From Epiperipatus broadwayi (lineage: Eukaryota; Animalia; Onychophora): a DNA stretch of 64,000 nucleotides. Within the stretch, counting starts at the first letter, position 1; every line of letters begins with the position of its first letter. Shown here piece by piece: positions 11,506-24,594 of this stretch. Made by a program: the position numbers and the translations under genes. The stretch covers positions 17,050,001 to 17,114,000 of the forward strand of contig JAQFVV010000007.1 of the NCBI GenBank assembly GCA_028023455.1. Direction: 5' to 3'. A model generated the notes under the pieces. The model did not search any database, was not told the DNA's origin, and saw only the letters and a program-made list of their open reading frames with translations.

Positions 11506-13447
11506 AAAACTTCTACGTAATGCATTATTTATTGTGTATATTTCTTTTAGTCTTTCTTTTTTGGCTCTACTATTAGAATCGTCATTCCATTGTAAAATCT
11601 ACGAATTATTAACGTTAATGATATGAAACTCAATTACAAATAGTCTATGAAATGACCAAAGACTAAAACTATTTACCGCATAAAACACCAAAGAAAGCTG
11701 TTGAACGTATACATAATCTAAAAGAAATCTTTTTAAAAAAATTTGAACCACTGTCTATTTTTAATTAAAACTATTAGTTGATATAATATCTTGACGTACA
11801 AATAACATTTTTTTCTGTCAAAGCAAACATATATATTTTTTAATTACACTTAATTATTAATAATATATTAAAAAATTGTAAAAGTAATGCTTTATTTAAG
11901 ACTATAAAAATATAGAATAAATAAAATTGTAATTGTTTTATTAAATAATAAAGAGATATATGTTATGACGTCATAGCTATTTTCTTAGCTCAACAGAAAG
12001 CTGTAAATTTATTGAGCTCTCTTAAAGCTTGTAACATGGGTTTGTTCGGTTGTTTTGTTCTAGTTTCGGATTTTCTGGTGCTTGTTTTGCTTGCCGATTG
12101 CCTTTTTCACCGTTGATGTCATGACGTTCCTGAAGAATACTATGTTTAACTTCCTGTCTCTGATCCGGAGTTTGTGTTCGATATCATGGACCCTCCGCTT
12201 GATAGCGTTGCAGTCATTAAGTAAACAGAGAAGTTATGAAGATTATAATACTATTCATTATGATAATGATGCCAATATAAGTCAGCTGTATCTATATCAA
12301 TATGGAGACTTAAGAAATTTGATTTTATCACAGAGATTTTTATATTCTATAAGAGACGTTTTTATTACTTATCTAATCTGAGTCATTATTACCGATCTTG
12401 ACAAAGGATTTAATGAATCCTATACCTAATTTGTCGTCTTAAATATCAGAATTTGGACACTTTTACAGAATTAAGAAACTTTTTTTCACGATGAATTTGA
12501 ACGGTAGATAGAATGTGTACCATCATCACATAACCAAGCACGAGATGGTTTTAGACGCACTATTATTCATCTTGTTATTGTTAGAAGTCAAAACCCTATT
12601 GAGGATTTTAGCTTACATCATTAGTAGGACTTCACTTCTAAAGAGTATAATATTTCAAATAGTTGTTTTAAGTTTTTAAATATATTCTTGTTTTATTCAT
12701 TTTAAAATGTGTTTATTGTCAAGCGTTGTTAGCCGAGAGATCAGCGCAGTCGCCTTGGTTGTTTGCAGACTGTTGTTGCGGGTTCACCTCCTAGCCGATG
12801 CTGTGATATAAGGGGGAAAATGTGTTTATACTTACTTGTACTATTATTGTTTTTTATTTAATAAAAAATTTTAATTTTAATTCATATATTGTGTGTATTT
12901 ACAATTTATAACTGATTTTATATTCTTTTAAACCTATTTATAAACTTAACAACATATCTCTCACACACGCAAGCTACCACGCACCCATACAAAGAATGTA
13001 CTATTTTAATTAACAAACTAATATGTCTCCTACTTGAAAGTAAATGTTTACTTTATTGCGTTACAATCATAAAACTTTTTTCAGTAGTCCACAAATCTAT
13101 CCAACAACTTATTATTAATAAATGTAATTAATTATTGCTTTTTTGAGAGAAAAATGAAGAAAATCAAACTTTAAACTCTTACCTACTGACAGTCGATTAG
13201 TTTAGGTGATTATTGTTTTTGTTTAACATTTCGATCTAGATAAATCTTTGACAAGTTGAATCTCATGTAGATTAATTATTTAAATCGTTATATTTACTTC
13301 AACCACAACCATATACACGATTTCGCCAGAATTAATTATTTTTGCATATTTTTATATAGATCAGTACTTTTCGAACTTTTTAATATGTGGACCCCCTGAA
13401 AAACAATATATTTTCATTCCCAATAAACTAACAATGTATTTAAAACG
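11506..13447. mobile_element. 1.94-kb insertion of unknown identity flanked by a 16-bp direct repeat
   Basis: gtgatcatgatttctt occurs at 11490-11505 and 13448-13463; LINE coding sequence (SDHD...) is continuous across the two copies. Confidence 0.7.
12723..12807 (+). mobile_element. tRNA-Gly-derived SINE (family C)
   Basis: gcgttgttagccgagagatcagc...gcgggttcacctcctagccgatgctgtgat, homologous to 3069-3157. Confidence 0.65.
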
Positions 13448-13480
13448 GTGATCATGATTTCTTTATAGTAGAAATGGTTT

Positions 13481-13710
13481 GTAATGTGATGGAAAATAGT
13501 AATAAAAGTAGAAAGGATAGTGAAAGATGTGGATGGAGAATGAATGATAAGAATAGGTAATATGATGGAAAATAGTAATAAAAGTAGAAAGGATAGTGAA
13601 AGATGTGTATGGAGAATGAATGATAAGATAGGTAATATGATGGAAAAAAGTAATAGAAGTAGAATGGATAGTGAAAGATGTGGATGGGAAATGAATGATA
13701 AGAATAAGTT
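13481..13710 (+). repeat. Three tandem ~75-bp repeats inside the LINE
   Basis: Units gtaat(g/a)tgatggaaaa.agtaata.aagtagaa.ggatagtgaaagatgt... start at 13481, 13557 and 13632. Confidence 0.9.
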
Positions 13711-16700
13711 AGAAATCAATATAAAAAGTAAAAGAAATTATGGAAGAGTTTGTTGGAAATGAATCTAAGGACTGGTATGGTAAAGTAGAAAAAGTGGCAA
13801 ATAGGATTTTAAGTGAGAATGTTAAGAAGAAATAAAAATAATAGAAAAGTGAGAATTAGTAAAAGTGTAAAAGAGAGGGGGAAAAGCATGCAGAGAATAC
13901 AAATGTGCTATTAAAAACAAACAAAGTGAAAAAGATGTTAATGTTAAATGGGAAAAGTATTGTAAAAAAGACAGTTGGGTAAATAGAATATTATATAGAC
14001 AGGATAAAATTAACTAGTAAATTGTTGGAGGATATTAATAAAAGTGAAAGAGATGGCAGTAAAAAATTTTGGAATATTAAAGGGATGTAGCGGAGAGAGA
14101 AATAGTATTACTAGATAATCAGAAAATAGAGTGTATCTGTAGAGCAGAATTAGAGGCAATCTTAAATAAGTATGTAATGGATATAGAAAAGATCTTAGAT
14201 ATGAAGGACAGAGTGATAACAAACATAATAGCACATAGTAAGGGAAATATTAGATCTAGAGAAAATGATGAGGCATGGAAAAAATTGAAAAGTGGAAAGG
14301 CAAGTGGTTTAGATGAATGGGCAGCAGAAATGTTGAAGAATTTAGGAAATAAGGCAAAATTAAATCTATAATCATGTTTTAATAAGATGGCACAGAAATG
14401 TGAATTTTCAGATAGCTGGAATAATACAAAAATAAGGCTACTATTTAAAGAAAAGGATAAGGACCACAGAAAGTTAAACAATTATAGACTGATAATGTCA
14501 GTGTTATATAAAGTTTTTGCATATATGATGGTGGGAAGGATTGCAAAATGGATGGGAAAAATAATAATATAGTGGGAGAAATGCAAGGAGAGGTTTATGA
14601 TTGGAAAAAACTTATAGGAGATAGTTTATTTGTACTTACACAACTTGTAGATATGAATAGAAATACAGGTAGATGTTTACATATGCTTTTATAGATATGG
14701 GGAAGGCATATGATAGAGTAAATAGAATAGATTATGGGTAAGTTTAGGAAATTTGTGAATGAATCAAGTTTTAGTGGATTTTATAAAGTAGTTGTATAAA
14801 AATAATTACTATAGATATCAATTAGGAAATAAAGAATTAGTTAAAGTAAAAAATGGGGTGGGAATAAGACACAGATGCCCTATATAACCTATTTTGTTTT
14901 TGTTATATTTGAGAGAAATGGAGAGAGCAATAGAAAAACTAGGAAGAGGGATAAAAATACCATTAATAGGTGGCAAGGGAGTATATACGTTATTATCGGG
15001 TCTTTTATTTGTGAATAATACCTTCTTGTGCACAGAAAGTAAACAAGATATGGAAGTTACACTGAAGATATGTGCAAGGGTGGGTAAAAAAATGGGAATT
15101 AAATTCAGTGAAGAAAATCAAAAGTAATGATGATAAATGTGGAAGAAAGAGAAAAGGAAGGATTTTTATTGGGGGATATAAAGTTAAATATGGTGAATAG
15201 GTATAACTATTTAAGAATTATTTTAAATAACCAGAGCAGTTGCTTGGATGAATGGCAGAAAATATTGTTAAATGAAGCAAAGAAAGGGACTGACAAAGAA
15301 ATTAACAGTGTTTTCATGTAATAAATATGATGTAGCTACAATTGTATGGAAGTGGGTGGCAGTAGTGTAACAATGTGTTATGTGTTAGTAAATGTCTGTT
15401 AAATTATTTAGAAAAAGTACAAAGAGAAGTTGGAAGAAATGCATAAAAGATGCAAATGTGTGAATGGCTAGAGAAGAAATTCAAAGAGAAATGGAATGGC
15501 CAAGTTTTATATGAGAGATGCAAAAAGCAAAATAAAAATTATTGGTAGATTGCAATTTATAGATAATAAGAGAATAGCCAAAATAATATTTAATTGGGTT
15601 ATGAGCAAAGGACAGGTAACAAGATGGGTGAGAAAAGTAGTATAGTATGCAGAAGATTCAGATAAAAAATTTGTCAGTATACTTATACTAAAAGTGAGAT
15701 GATTGGTATTAGGAGAATTGTTAGTGGCAAGGAATTAGATAGAAGAATACGATGCATTAATAAAAAATAGGGAGTAGGGGAGATGAAAAACTAACATGGA
15801 GAGGTAAAAAGAGTTTAAATATATAGAGAAGTAAATAGAATATTGAGTGTGCATTGATTTTATGATAGTAGCAAGGAAAATAGTTTACTGTTTAAAGCTT
15901 GAACAGGATCGTTAGCAACAAGGGAATAGACACATAAATGAAGAAATGCGGGTGATTTATTTTGCAAGTCATGTAACGAAGGGATGGAAAATATTAGGCA
16001 TCTGTTAATGGAATGTAAATGCCTACAAGCCAATGAAAAAATAATGATTTTGTGGGAAAATAAATATAAACACAGTGATTATACTGGAAGTGGGTTTTTG
16101 GTTTTTATGCCTGGGTTTGAGAAAAGATAAGGGGGATTTAGATATAAAGGCAATAGTGTGGACAAAGATAATGTTGTGGAAATCAGATGGAACATGATAG
16201 AGAAGAATATGGGGAAAATGTAGGGGGGAGAATGGAAAGGGAAGGTAAAGTGGTTAACAGGTTTTTCTGGGTATAGTGGTTGAGACATTCCTGAATCTAA
16301 ATAAAGAGAAGTCACAGTGCATCACAACATCTAAGGTCTAATCTTTTGTTCTATAACAAAAAATACTCAGAAATCATTCATTTCCCTTTTGGTCTAGTTT
16401 TCAGTTTCTAAATCGATTCCAGCGCTCGAACTTCTCATGATCTCTCGGGCAATAATGCTATATGTCTTCTTTTTTTTTTAACGCTTGCTTTTATTTTATA
16501 TAAATCACATAATTTTTAAATAACTTTTATTCTACTTTGTATCATATTTTATGGTTGTTATAAAGACTTGTGTATCCTAAATTATCTTTTCTTCCATAAT
16601 TATTAAAAGTAAGATTAACGCAAATGTATGTGACAACTGAATTAAATGCGAGATACATAAGTGACCGTAGGATTAATAAGCTGTAACTATTTAATTAATA

Positions 16701-16844
16701 CAGATTAATAATAAATATTTCTGGGATTTATTAAGCACTATCATCTGACATCTTACTAAAGCCGACAATAAAAGTGGCATAGAGACGAGTGGGGATAGGA
16801 ATGTATGCTGCTAAATATATATGCATATTATAGTATCTAAATTT

Positions 16845-17040
16845 ATAGCTCAGTTGATTAGAGGATTGCCTTAAAATTCGATATTTCAAGAATATAAAGG
16901 TGTAGGTTCGACTCTTATACTGGTATTGTTATTAATCAGCCAGCAACACTAGAAGCGCGGAGAATAATGTAATATCATTCGAAAAGTTGGGCAACGTACT
17001 AACCTGTGTTGTATATTTGTGTATTATTACCATTAGTTAT
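16845..17040 (+). mobile_element. Family A tRNA-headed SINE-like element
   Basis: A-box-like agctcagttgattagagg, B-box-like ggttcgactc, then a body homologous to 2045-2285. Confidence 0.75.
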
Positions 17041-20000
17041 TGTATATGTATGTAGATAAAGTGTAAGTAGAATAACATCTCCAACATAAGCTATGTTTAA
17101 ATAGCACTCATATGTCAGTAAAGCAACAGAGAATAAAATGAATCAATGAAGATTACATTAGCTCTCAGTGGTATATACTTTGGTTTACTGACATTGCTGA
17201 GTGGTGATTACATATTAGGTTGACTTAAATAAGGCACAAATCATTGTGAAATTATGATTGAACATATAGAGGATAAAATCAGAATCATATTATTATTGTT
17301 TGTATACAGCTTGAGGTGTTACTTCTGTTAAAATTTTATATATATTAAACTATGAAGTATTTGTATACACTTTACTTTAAATTACTACACTGTAGGCATA
17401 TTAAGTCAAAATAAAGTTAGTACAACTTGTTTGAGCCCCTAATTGGCTCATTTACCTTCAGAGTTCATTCCTTGGTGTCATGACTTCCCTCAATTCCTTT
17501 TTCCACTTGTTTCAAATATTTTCTGATCCACAAGTCTAATAATTTAATGGCAATCTAGTTTTCTTTATTTGTAATTTCTCTTTAAATAATGGATTCACTT
17601 TTTTATTTTTTCTGAACTATCAACTAATCAATCGTATAAATTGAACAACTTTATACTTCAATTAGGAATTTAATAGAATTAATTTAATTTTTCGAAACAA
17701 TTAATTTAAATAAACTTATTTTGCTTAATTCCTTGCATGGTTTGAAAAATAGCATTAATTTTGCTGTTTTTCTAATTTATTATCAGTTGAATCTGATGTT
17801 TTAATTTTTTTACAATATTATTTATACTTATACAAGGCTATAACCTTAGTACATGCGACTTGTGTGCTTAATTTTACAAGAGAGACCTCTACAAATCTTC
17901 ATGCTGAAGCATTTGGAACTGAGAGCATGAAGATTTAATTGATCACTTTAAATTACTTATATTCTGATTTTTTGTTGATGACGCTTGCAAAATTTTTACT
18001 ATTTAAGATACATCATTATTAAATGAAAACTTTAAATATATGTAAATATTTAATTTATATAGTGTGATGTTTTTATAAATTATAATAACTGTAGCTTACT
18101 CCACTGCACATGTGCTTTACAGATTGAATGCTAATTATAATGAATACTCTCCTTTCCAAACACAAGATAGTCTTTTAAAATATAGAATGGATCTACTCTT
18201 TCCTTTTCATCCAAACTATATGTATAGGCAAATCTGAAGCATTTGGAATTGAGAGTGTGAAGATTTTTTTTTTATTATTTAATATATCATATTCCTCTTT
18301 TTACTCCAGAAATTGAATCAGTTGTATCCTGTATGCAATCTTCTAATTCTGCTGTCACCTTTTTAATTTTGATGATCTATCTCACAGCATCATTTCTTAT
18401 TTATCTATTTTGCAGATTTTTTTTCTCTTGCTACACTTCTATTTATCCTCTTTCATTTCCTGTTATTTATCATTGTGTTAATCAGTGTGATAATTTCCTA
18501 TCTCTGATGCTTATCTTACCTCACATTCTTAACAAGTATTTATTATGCCATTTTAAATTAAATGGGGGTTCACAGTAATTTCTGCTTTAATTTCATCTAC
18601 ATTTGAGATATTACTGTTAATGATTGAATCCACTGATGTTGTTTCATTAAATATTTAGGTGTGCCTAAAAATGAGGCACAGCATTTTCCTCTGATTGATC
18701 ATGGTGGTGTCAGAATAATTTATGGATGTGTTGAAATCATGTTAATATATAGAATTCACACTCTGCATTGTAACACATCAATGAATTCAATGTTTAAATA
18801 TGATCCACATTAAATTACAGGTGAACATATTTAGCTCACTGGAGGTTTATACTAATTTTCTTCTTCCTTTTCCTATGTATTTATTTCTACTTTAACATAT
18901 CATACCATTTACAACCTTCTTAAACACTTTATCAGTACTATATATTTATATCAAAACTAACAGTTTGAACTATCCTGCAGTCATCATCATAGCTCTTTAC
19001 AAAGTGTTTAAGAAGGTTGTAAATGGTATGATAAGTTTATACTAACTTTCATTTTAAATTCATCTACATTTGAGCTATCACTACTAATATTTTTCTATGT
19101 TTAATGGAATTTTCAATTATGGAATATACTGAGTTGTTTTGTTTGTTTTTTTTTGCCCTTGGCTACTGAACATGATTAAAGTATCTGTTATGTTTCACCT
19201 TATTGTCCAAATCATATATAAACTGAATATTTTTTAGGTTCTTATCTCTTCTACTCATTCTTGTTTAACAATCCTGTGGCAAGCTTTTTTTTCTATGCAG
19301 TCTACCACTTTACCATTGCGTTAACCTAAGCAGAATAAGGAATTAAATTAAAATAATTAACATAATAACAAATGCATTGAAAAATCTTATTAATATTTTA
19401 GTTAGGGGAAATAAAGAAAAACACTATATAGGAATTTATTCATTTTATTTTATTAATAATACTGATGATAATAATATTTTTTTAAAATCTGTTCTAAAAT
19501 AAAATACTGGTTTAAAACATTCATGTTTTATCTAATCACCAGTGATTTGATTGTTTTATGTAAATAAAAGTTATTATTTTTGCTGAGTCAGTATTTTCCA
19601 AAAGATGATTGGTTAGGAAGTTATAAATAGAAGGATAAATCCTTTTCTCATTGGCTGATTTTTTTAGAAAAGAATTAGATATGTTAAATAAGTGAGCATT
19701 TAAGAATTAAATAATAGGAAATGTAAAGTCTAATAAATTGTTCTAGCCATAAATAAAATGTTCCCTGAAGCAATAAACTTTTGATTCTTTGAAAAGTCTG
19801 ATAAAGAGATGAAAACAAAAATTTATAAGTCTATCTTAAAAAAAGCTTAATTCCCAATATAATTTTGTTTAGGGGAAAAGTATCAGGCCCTTCCAGCACT
19901 TGAACCTTGTATGAACTCACAAACAATAAAGCCATTCAGTTATTTCTCATTTAGTACTTAGTTATGATAACAATATTGAAAACTAAAATGTATAACACAT

Positions 20001-20399
20001 TTTTGATTAAACAATGCACATTTGTAGTGATATGTCTTTACTTTTGGGAAAGATAAGTTCTGAGTATGTGATATTTGCTAAAACTATGTTTTCATTTGCA
20101 TTTCCAAAGCCATATAAATAAAAAATGGAAATATGATCAAAATATTTGTTTTGTTGAATCTCAAAATGAGAACACACATATTGAAGAGGATTATATTCCA
20201 AAAATAACTATGTTGCTTATGAAATGGTACAATTTTTAAATTAATAAGAGATATGACTATCCATCAGTGCTTTATTAATTTTTACGTATTAATTTTAGTA
20301 GTATACTTTTTCCCACCATTTCTTAGCCACTTATTATACACTTTAGTAAGAAATAATAGATGCTAGATAAATAGACTAATTATACCTATCATGTGCTCT

Positions 20400-20520
20400 T
20401 CTATACAATGTCCTCAGACTAGCTTCAAACATATTGCTTTTATCAGTGAAAAGCTTTGGATCTTGGAACAGTGCACCTGGACTTTTAGGATCTAATGCAT
20501 TTTTTCTTCAGCACTATCAT
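20400..20520 (-). mobile_element. Family E copy with a decayed hammerhead (20411-20452)
   Basis: Reverse complement: ttttca CTGATAA aagc aatat gttt GAAG CTAG TC tgagga; upstream matches 59160-59230 and 60290-60322. Confidence 0.7.
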
Positions 20521-20786
20521 CTGTCATCTATTATTACTTATTAAAGCTTATCCTAAATGATATAGATTTGTAAAAAAAAAATGCATGTTGCTCTAACAGC
20601 AATATGTAAGCAGGAGTCATATGATAGGTCATAGTGGGTTAATAATTTGAGGTAGGAATTTAATACTTATATCAATAGTTTCATGATTTTTCCTCATCCC
20701 AATGCAATATCTTGTGGAAAGTGTATAAATCTATGAGTTCTAGTAAAAGTTAAAATTAAAGATATATCATTACTACTACTATTATA

Positions 20787-21139
20787 TTTGACTACAAGTA
20801 TAATGTATATACTGAACTTTAGATTAATGAGAGGGGATTTGAACACAGACTTTCAAGCCTCCTTCAGCTATCCACTCCATCTTATATAACTGATACACAT
20901 GACCACATACATGGGGAAAATATAAATGATGTCCAATATATGTATTTTGTGCTGAACCAGCACTCATCAGTTGATCCAGATCATTTCTCCCACATATATT
21001 AGCACTGGTTCAGCACAAAATACATGTATTAGAGATCATTTATCTTTTTCACATATATATGGTCATGAGTATCATTTTATATAAGATGGAGTGGATAGCT
21101 GTAGAGAACTTAAAAGTCTGTGTTCAAATCTTCTCTAAT
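20787..21139. mobile_element. Family B fold-back element with a minus-strand hammerhead (20932-20975)
   Basis: Arms 20824-20960 and 21002-21140 are reverse complements. The minus strand reads ggatcaa CTGATGA gtgctggttcagcac AAAA tacatatattgg. Direct repeat tactactattata at 20774-20786 and 21140-21152. Confidence 0.8.
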
Positions 21140-21219
21140 TACTACTATTATAATTATTATTACTATTTTTATTATTATTATTAGGGTTACTATTACTTAT
21201 ATTATTATTGTTCTACTTC

Positions 21220-21277
<58 letters not shown>
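21140..21277. repeat. (TTA)n microsatellite
   Basis: Long tta/att run; it explains the poly-Leu/Ile ORF 21120-21302. Confidence 0.95.
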
Positions 21278-22167
21278 TGGTACTGCGAAGAATCTAAAGT
21301 AATAGGTATCAGATTTAAATGATATAATAGTGATATATAATAACCCCCGTTTAAATAAATGAAAACTGTGGCCTCAAAATAAAAAGGTATACATTCTGAA
21401 GAGCTTTAAAAGCACCTTTCCAAGCAATGATAACTTTTATAAATAAATTCTGAAGTATCAAGAAGCACAATATATTTAACAAGCAGGACATTTTCAATGT
21501 TTTTTTTAATAATTCCCTTATAAAATTTATTTATTTCCTATAGTGTTGTGTAGAAATGTTTCCTCTTTCACCATTACAATTTAATCTAGTGTGTCTGAAG
21601 TAAATATTACTTTTGCTTTACTGTGAAGATTTAAGAAAGAGTAATGTTACAACTACTAATGAAAATCATTCAAGAGTTTTAAGTTCATAAATATATCATA
21701 TTTCAACAAATAAATGCATAGTACGTGTAAAAAAAGTAAATATTCATTAGAATTGATATGTTTTAAGGTAGTGTCGGTTGTCATGACGCATGCATTATAA
21801 TTAATCATTCTACAAGTGCATAGATGAACATGATTGGATGATTAAACCTCTGACCACAATTGTACTTAAGAGATTTCTCTATCTCCTTACAAAAAGTTCA
21901 AAATAAGTAAACATTTATTACAGACTTTTTTATTATATTTTTTAACATTTACAAACTCTGAATAAAAATAATTTATTGATATATTTTGACAACAACTTCG
22001 GGTATTTACAGTTATTTGTTAATTATTGTTTTAATTTATTTTGTAAAGATTATGGTTATAATTTTTGCTGCCAATATTATAAGTACTATTTATTTTATTA
22101 AATAAAGTGTTCTTGTGTTTCTTTAGCAGCTGTCTTATTTTATTTCCATCATATCTAATTGATTTTT

Positions 22168-22678
22168 AAATTAAAACACTATACAGGCTTAAACCTGCAT
22201 ATTTATGTGTAATGTATGCAGGATATGCCATCTCATATTGCTGATCCACCTGATCACACACATGTTGAAAAGATAAATAATCACCAATATAGGTATTTCA
22301 TGCTAAACCAGCAATCATCAATTGGTCCAGATTATTATCTCCACACATATATACAATCACTTCATACTTTAATGGACAGGCTTCAAATTACTCCAACTCA
22401 CAACTCTTCAGCCTTCCATTTCTTTGAAAATCTGGTGATGGAACGTTCAAAGTCCACGTTAGTGCCAAGCCTGTCCATTAAAGTATGAAGATTGACTATC
22501 TTAATATAAAGCTGAGCACTGATTGCATATATGTGTGGAGATAGTAATCTGGACCAACTGATGATTGCTGGTTTAGCATGAAATATGATTATTGGTGATT
22601 ATTTATCTTTTCAACATATATGTGATCAGGTGGGTCTGCAATATGAAATGGCATGGAGAGTTGAGGGTCGTGTGAAAG
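22168..22678. mobile_element. Family B fold-back element with two hammerhead motifs (minus 22283-22326, plus 22553-22596)
   Basis: 22225-22385 is the reverse complement of 22465-22650. The + copy reads accaa CTGATGA ttgctggtttagcat GAAA tatgatta ttggt. 14-bp direct repeat tctaattgattttt at 22154-22167 and 22679-22692. Confidence 0.85.
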
Positions 22679-22882
22679 TCTAATTGATTTTTGCAATTGA
22701 CCATGGAGAAACTAATCTATAATCTTTACAAAATAAATTAAAACAATAATTTATATATATCACACAATGTAATATAAAATAGAATATCTTTATATATCAT
22801 CAATAATCATTATATAACCCTGGTAGCAGCAGTATTAATGTTACATAAGATTTCAAGAATAACACGTGTGTGGGTGCACTTA

Positions 22883-22887
<5 letters not shown>

Positions 22888-22937
<50 letters not shown>
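22888..22937. repeat. (TA)n microsatellite
   Basis: About 25 TA units. Confidence 0.95.
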
Positions 22938-22940
<3 letters not shown>

Positions 22941-23149
22941 AGAGATGAAGAAAATAAGCAGTTAATAATGTAATGGTCATATTTGTACATTCATGCAACA
23001 AAATCTAGAGTCCTGGCAAATTATACCAAGGCTGATCTAGATGAGGGTTTGAGACCTCGAATCTGACTGCATCTCAGCTCCTTCACCAACACTCCATGAT
23101 TTACTCTCCTATGAATGACATATGAGGCTACACTCAGAATTTCTTATTT

Positions 23150-23740
23150 CATGTGCCAGCAGTTAAACTGTTTGACCTTTTTAAAATTTCAATAGACTCT
23201 CTCATACTTCTTAAATCATATTTTTATCAAAGTTGCTAGAATAAAATCAGGGTCGGGGTGTGACCAATTTCTAAAAAATAGAAGTAAAAGCTGATATTAT
23301 GATTGAAGACATTTTATGCTCACCAAATCTGCATCTATTTGACTAACCTAGGTAGCTTCTTTGGTATTGTGAACATTACATTTTATAAACACTTTGGTGT
23401 TCTAAAAATGTTTGGTCTTTGGCCTTATGGAAAAAGCACCAAGTTTTTTACTAGTGGAAAAAGAAATCAATGTTGAAATTAGACAGTTATTCACTAATCT
23501 TATTAATAATTCTTTTAACATAAGATAAAACAATTCTGAATCCAGCTGAAGAATTCTCAACTTTATCATCTTTTACTCTGTTAGCATCAATACTATGTAA
23601 AGGTTTGTAAATAATGTTTTTTACTGTAACCATTACCGAGTAGAATATTTTTAGTTAGTGCTATTTTTAGAACAAAATGATCATTATCAGACAAACTACA
23701 TCCTCTCATCAAATGACCTTTTGCTACAGAAAATATAAGA
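23150..23740 (-). mobile_element. Penelope-like element 3' fragment (GIY-YIG region)
   Basis: Minus strand reads LLGNGYSK...IVLSYVKRIINKISE...KAKDQ...SVYKM*CSQYQRSYLG*SNR.RFGEHK...GH...MRESIEI, the typical PLE linker and GIY-YIG C-terminus. Confidence 0.75.
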
Positions 23741-24594
23741 ACATGGTGATGATGAGAAATTAAATTGAAAACATGTATTTGTATGTGAGGATTTTCTATA
23801 AGCAGGAATTAACAGAACATCTAATTCATCGAAAACTTAATATTAGGATGCTATTCGTGAATAGTACCATAATTCACTTTCATCATAGTTTAATTGACAC
23901 ACATATGTATATAAAAAACAAAACAAGGTATTATTTCAAAAATGCATATGTATATCGTGAAGCTAATTCCAGTAATTAAAATGGATACTGGTGAAATATA
24001 TCACTCAAAGGCTAACAGTTGACTTCAATTTTTTGGTCTATGTTCGATGATGAAAAGATTTTTCAAAAATGGTATATAGCGAAGTCAGCAGATAAAAGTC
24101 TGCTAGCCAAGCTACTGTTTTTTAAAAGAATAGTAAATGATGAGTGTATGTGTGGATTATATTTAATAGATGTATAGATTCTTAAGTTTATATCTTGTTT
24201 ATTTCTTCAAGCATTTATAAAGTGTTTGCCGTGAGTAAAATAAAACAAATTATGTATTTGTGATCCATAAAATGTTGTATGGTTTTATTTTGTCACTGAT
24301 ATTTAGGAAAATAAAAATAAAGACTCACTATTTTCATATTTTAATACAAGAAGTGTAAAATCAATCATTTTCCCAATTTCTATACGTTTCTTAGTAATAA
24401 AAGATAATTTGTTTTTCCATTCAACAATGAGTTTGCGTCTTTATGATACATTTATAAAAATAAAAAAAATCAAATTTTATTTTTTAAGCTATGACTATAC
24501 AATAAAAATTTTAAACTATAAACAACATATATGTATAGTCTTAAGAAGAAAGCATTGTGAAGGAGGAACATATTCGCCTACTATTCTTAGACAG

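Larger units (their letters stand above)
10570..16320 (+). mobile_element. Degenerate non-LTR retrotransposon (APE + RT + C-terminal CCHC-like motif), interrupted by an insertion at 11506-13447; clade uncertain
   Basis: APE motifs GYFNMQG, GDMNGHI, MDYIF and SDHD (10850-11505). RT region with LLFVNN at the FADD position (~15005). C-terminal SLLFKA*TG and CKSCNEGMENIRHLLMEC. Many stops. Confidence 0.85.

Noticed and set aside
21120-21302. Poly-Leu/Ile ORF and other short ORF-track entries
   Set aside because: Produced by microsatellites, or antisense to TE coding sequence (e.g. 31691, 32260, 14119); not genes.
21395-21420. ctgaaga-gctt-taa-aagc hammerhead-like start
   Set aside because: No GAAA, stem III or stem I; same for ctgatga at 19463 and 28269.
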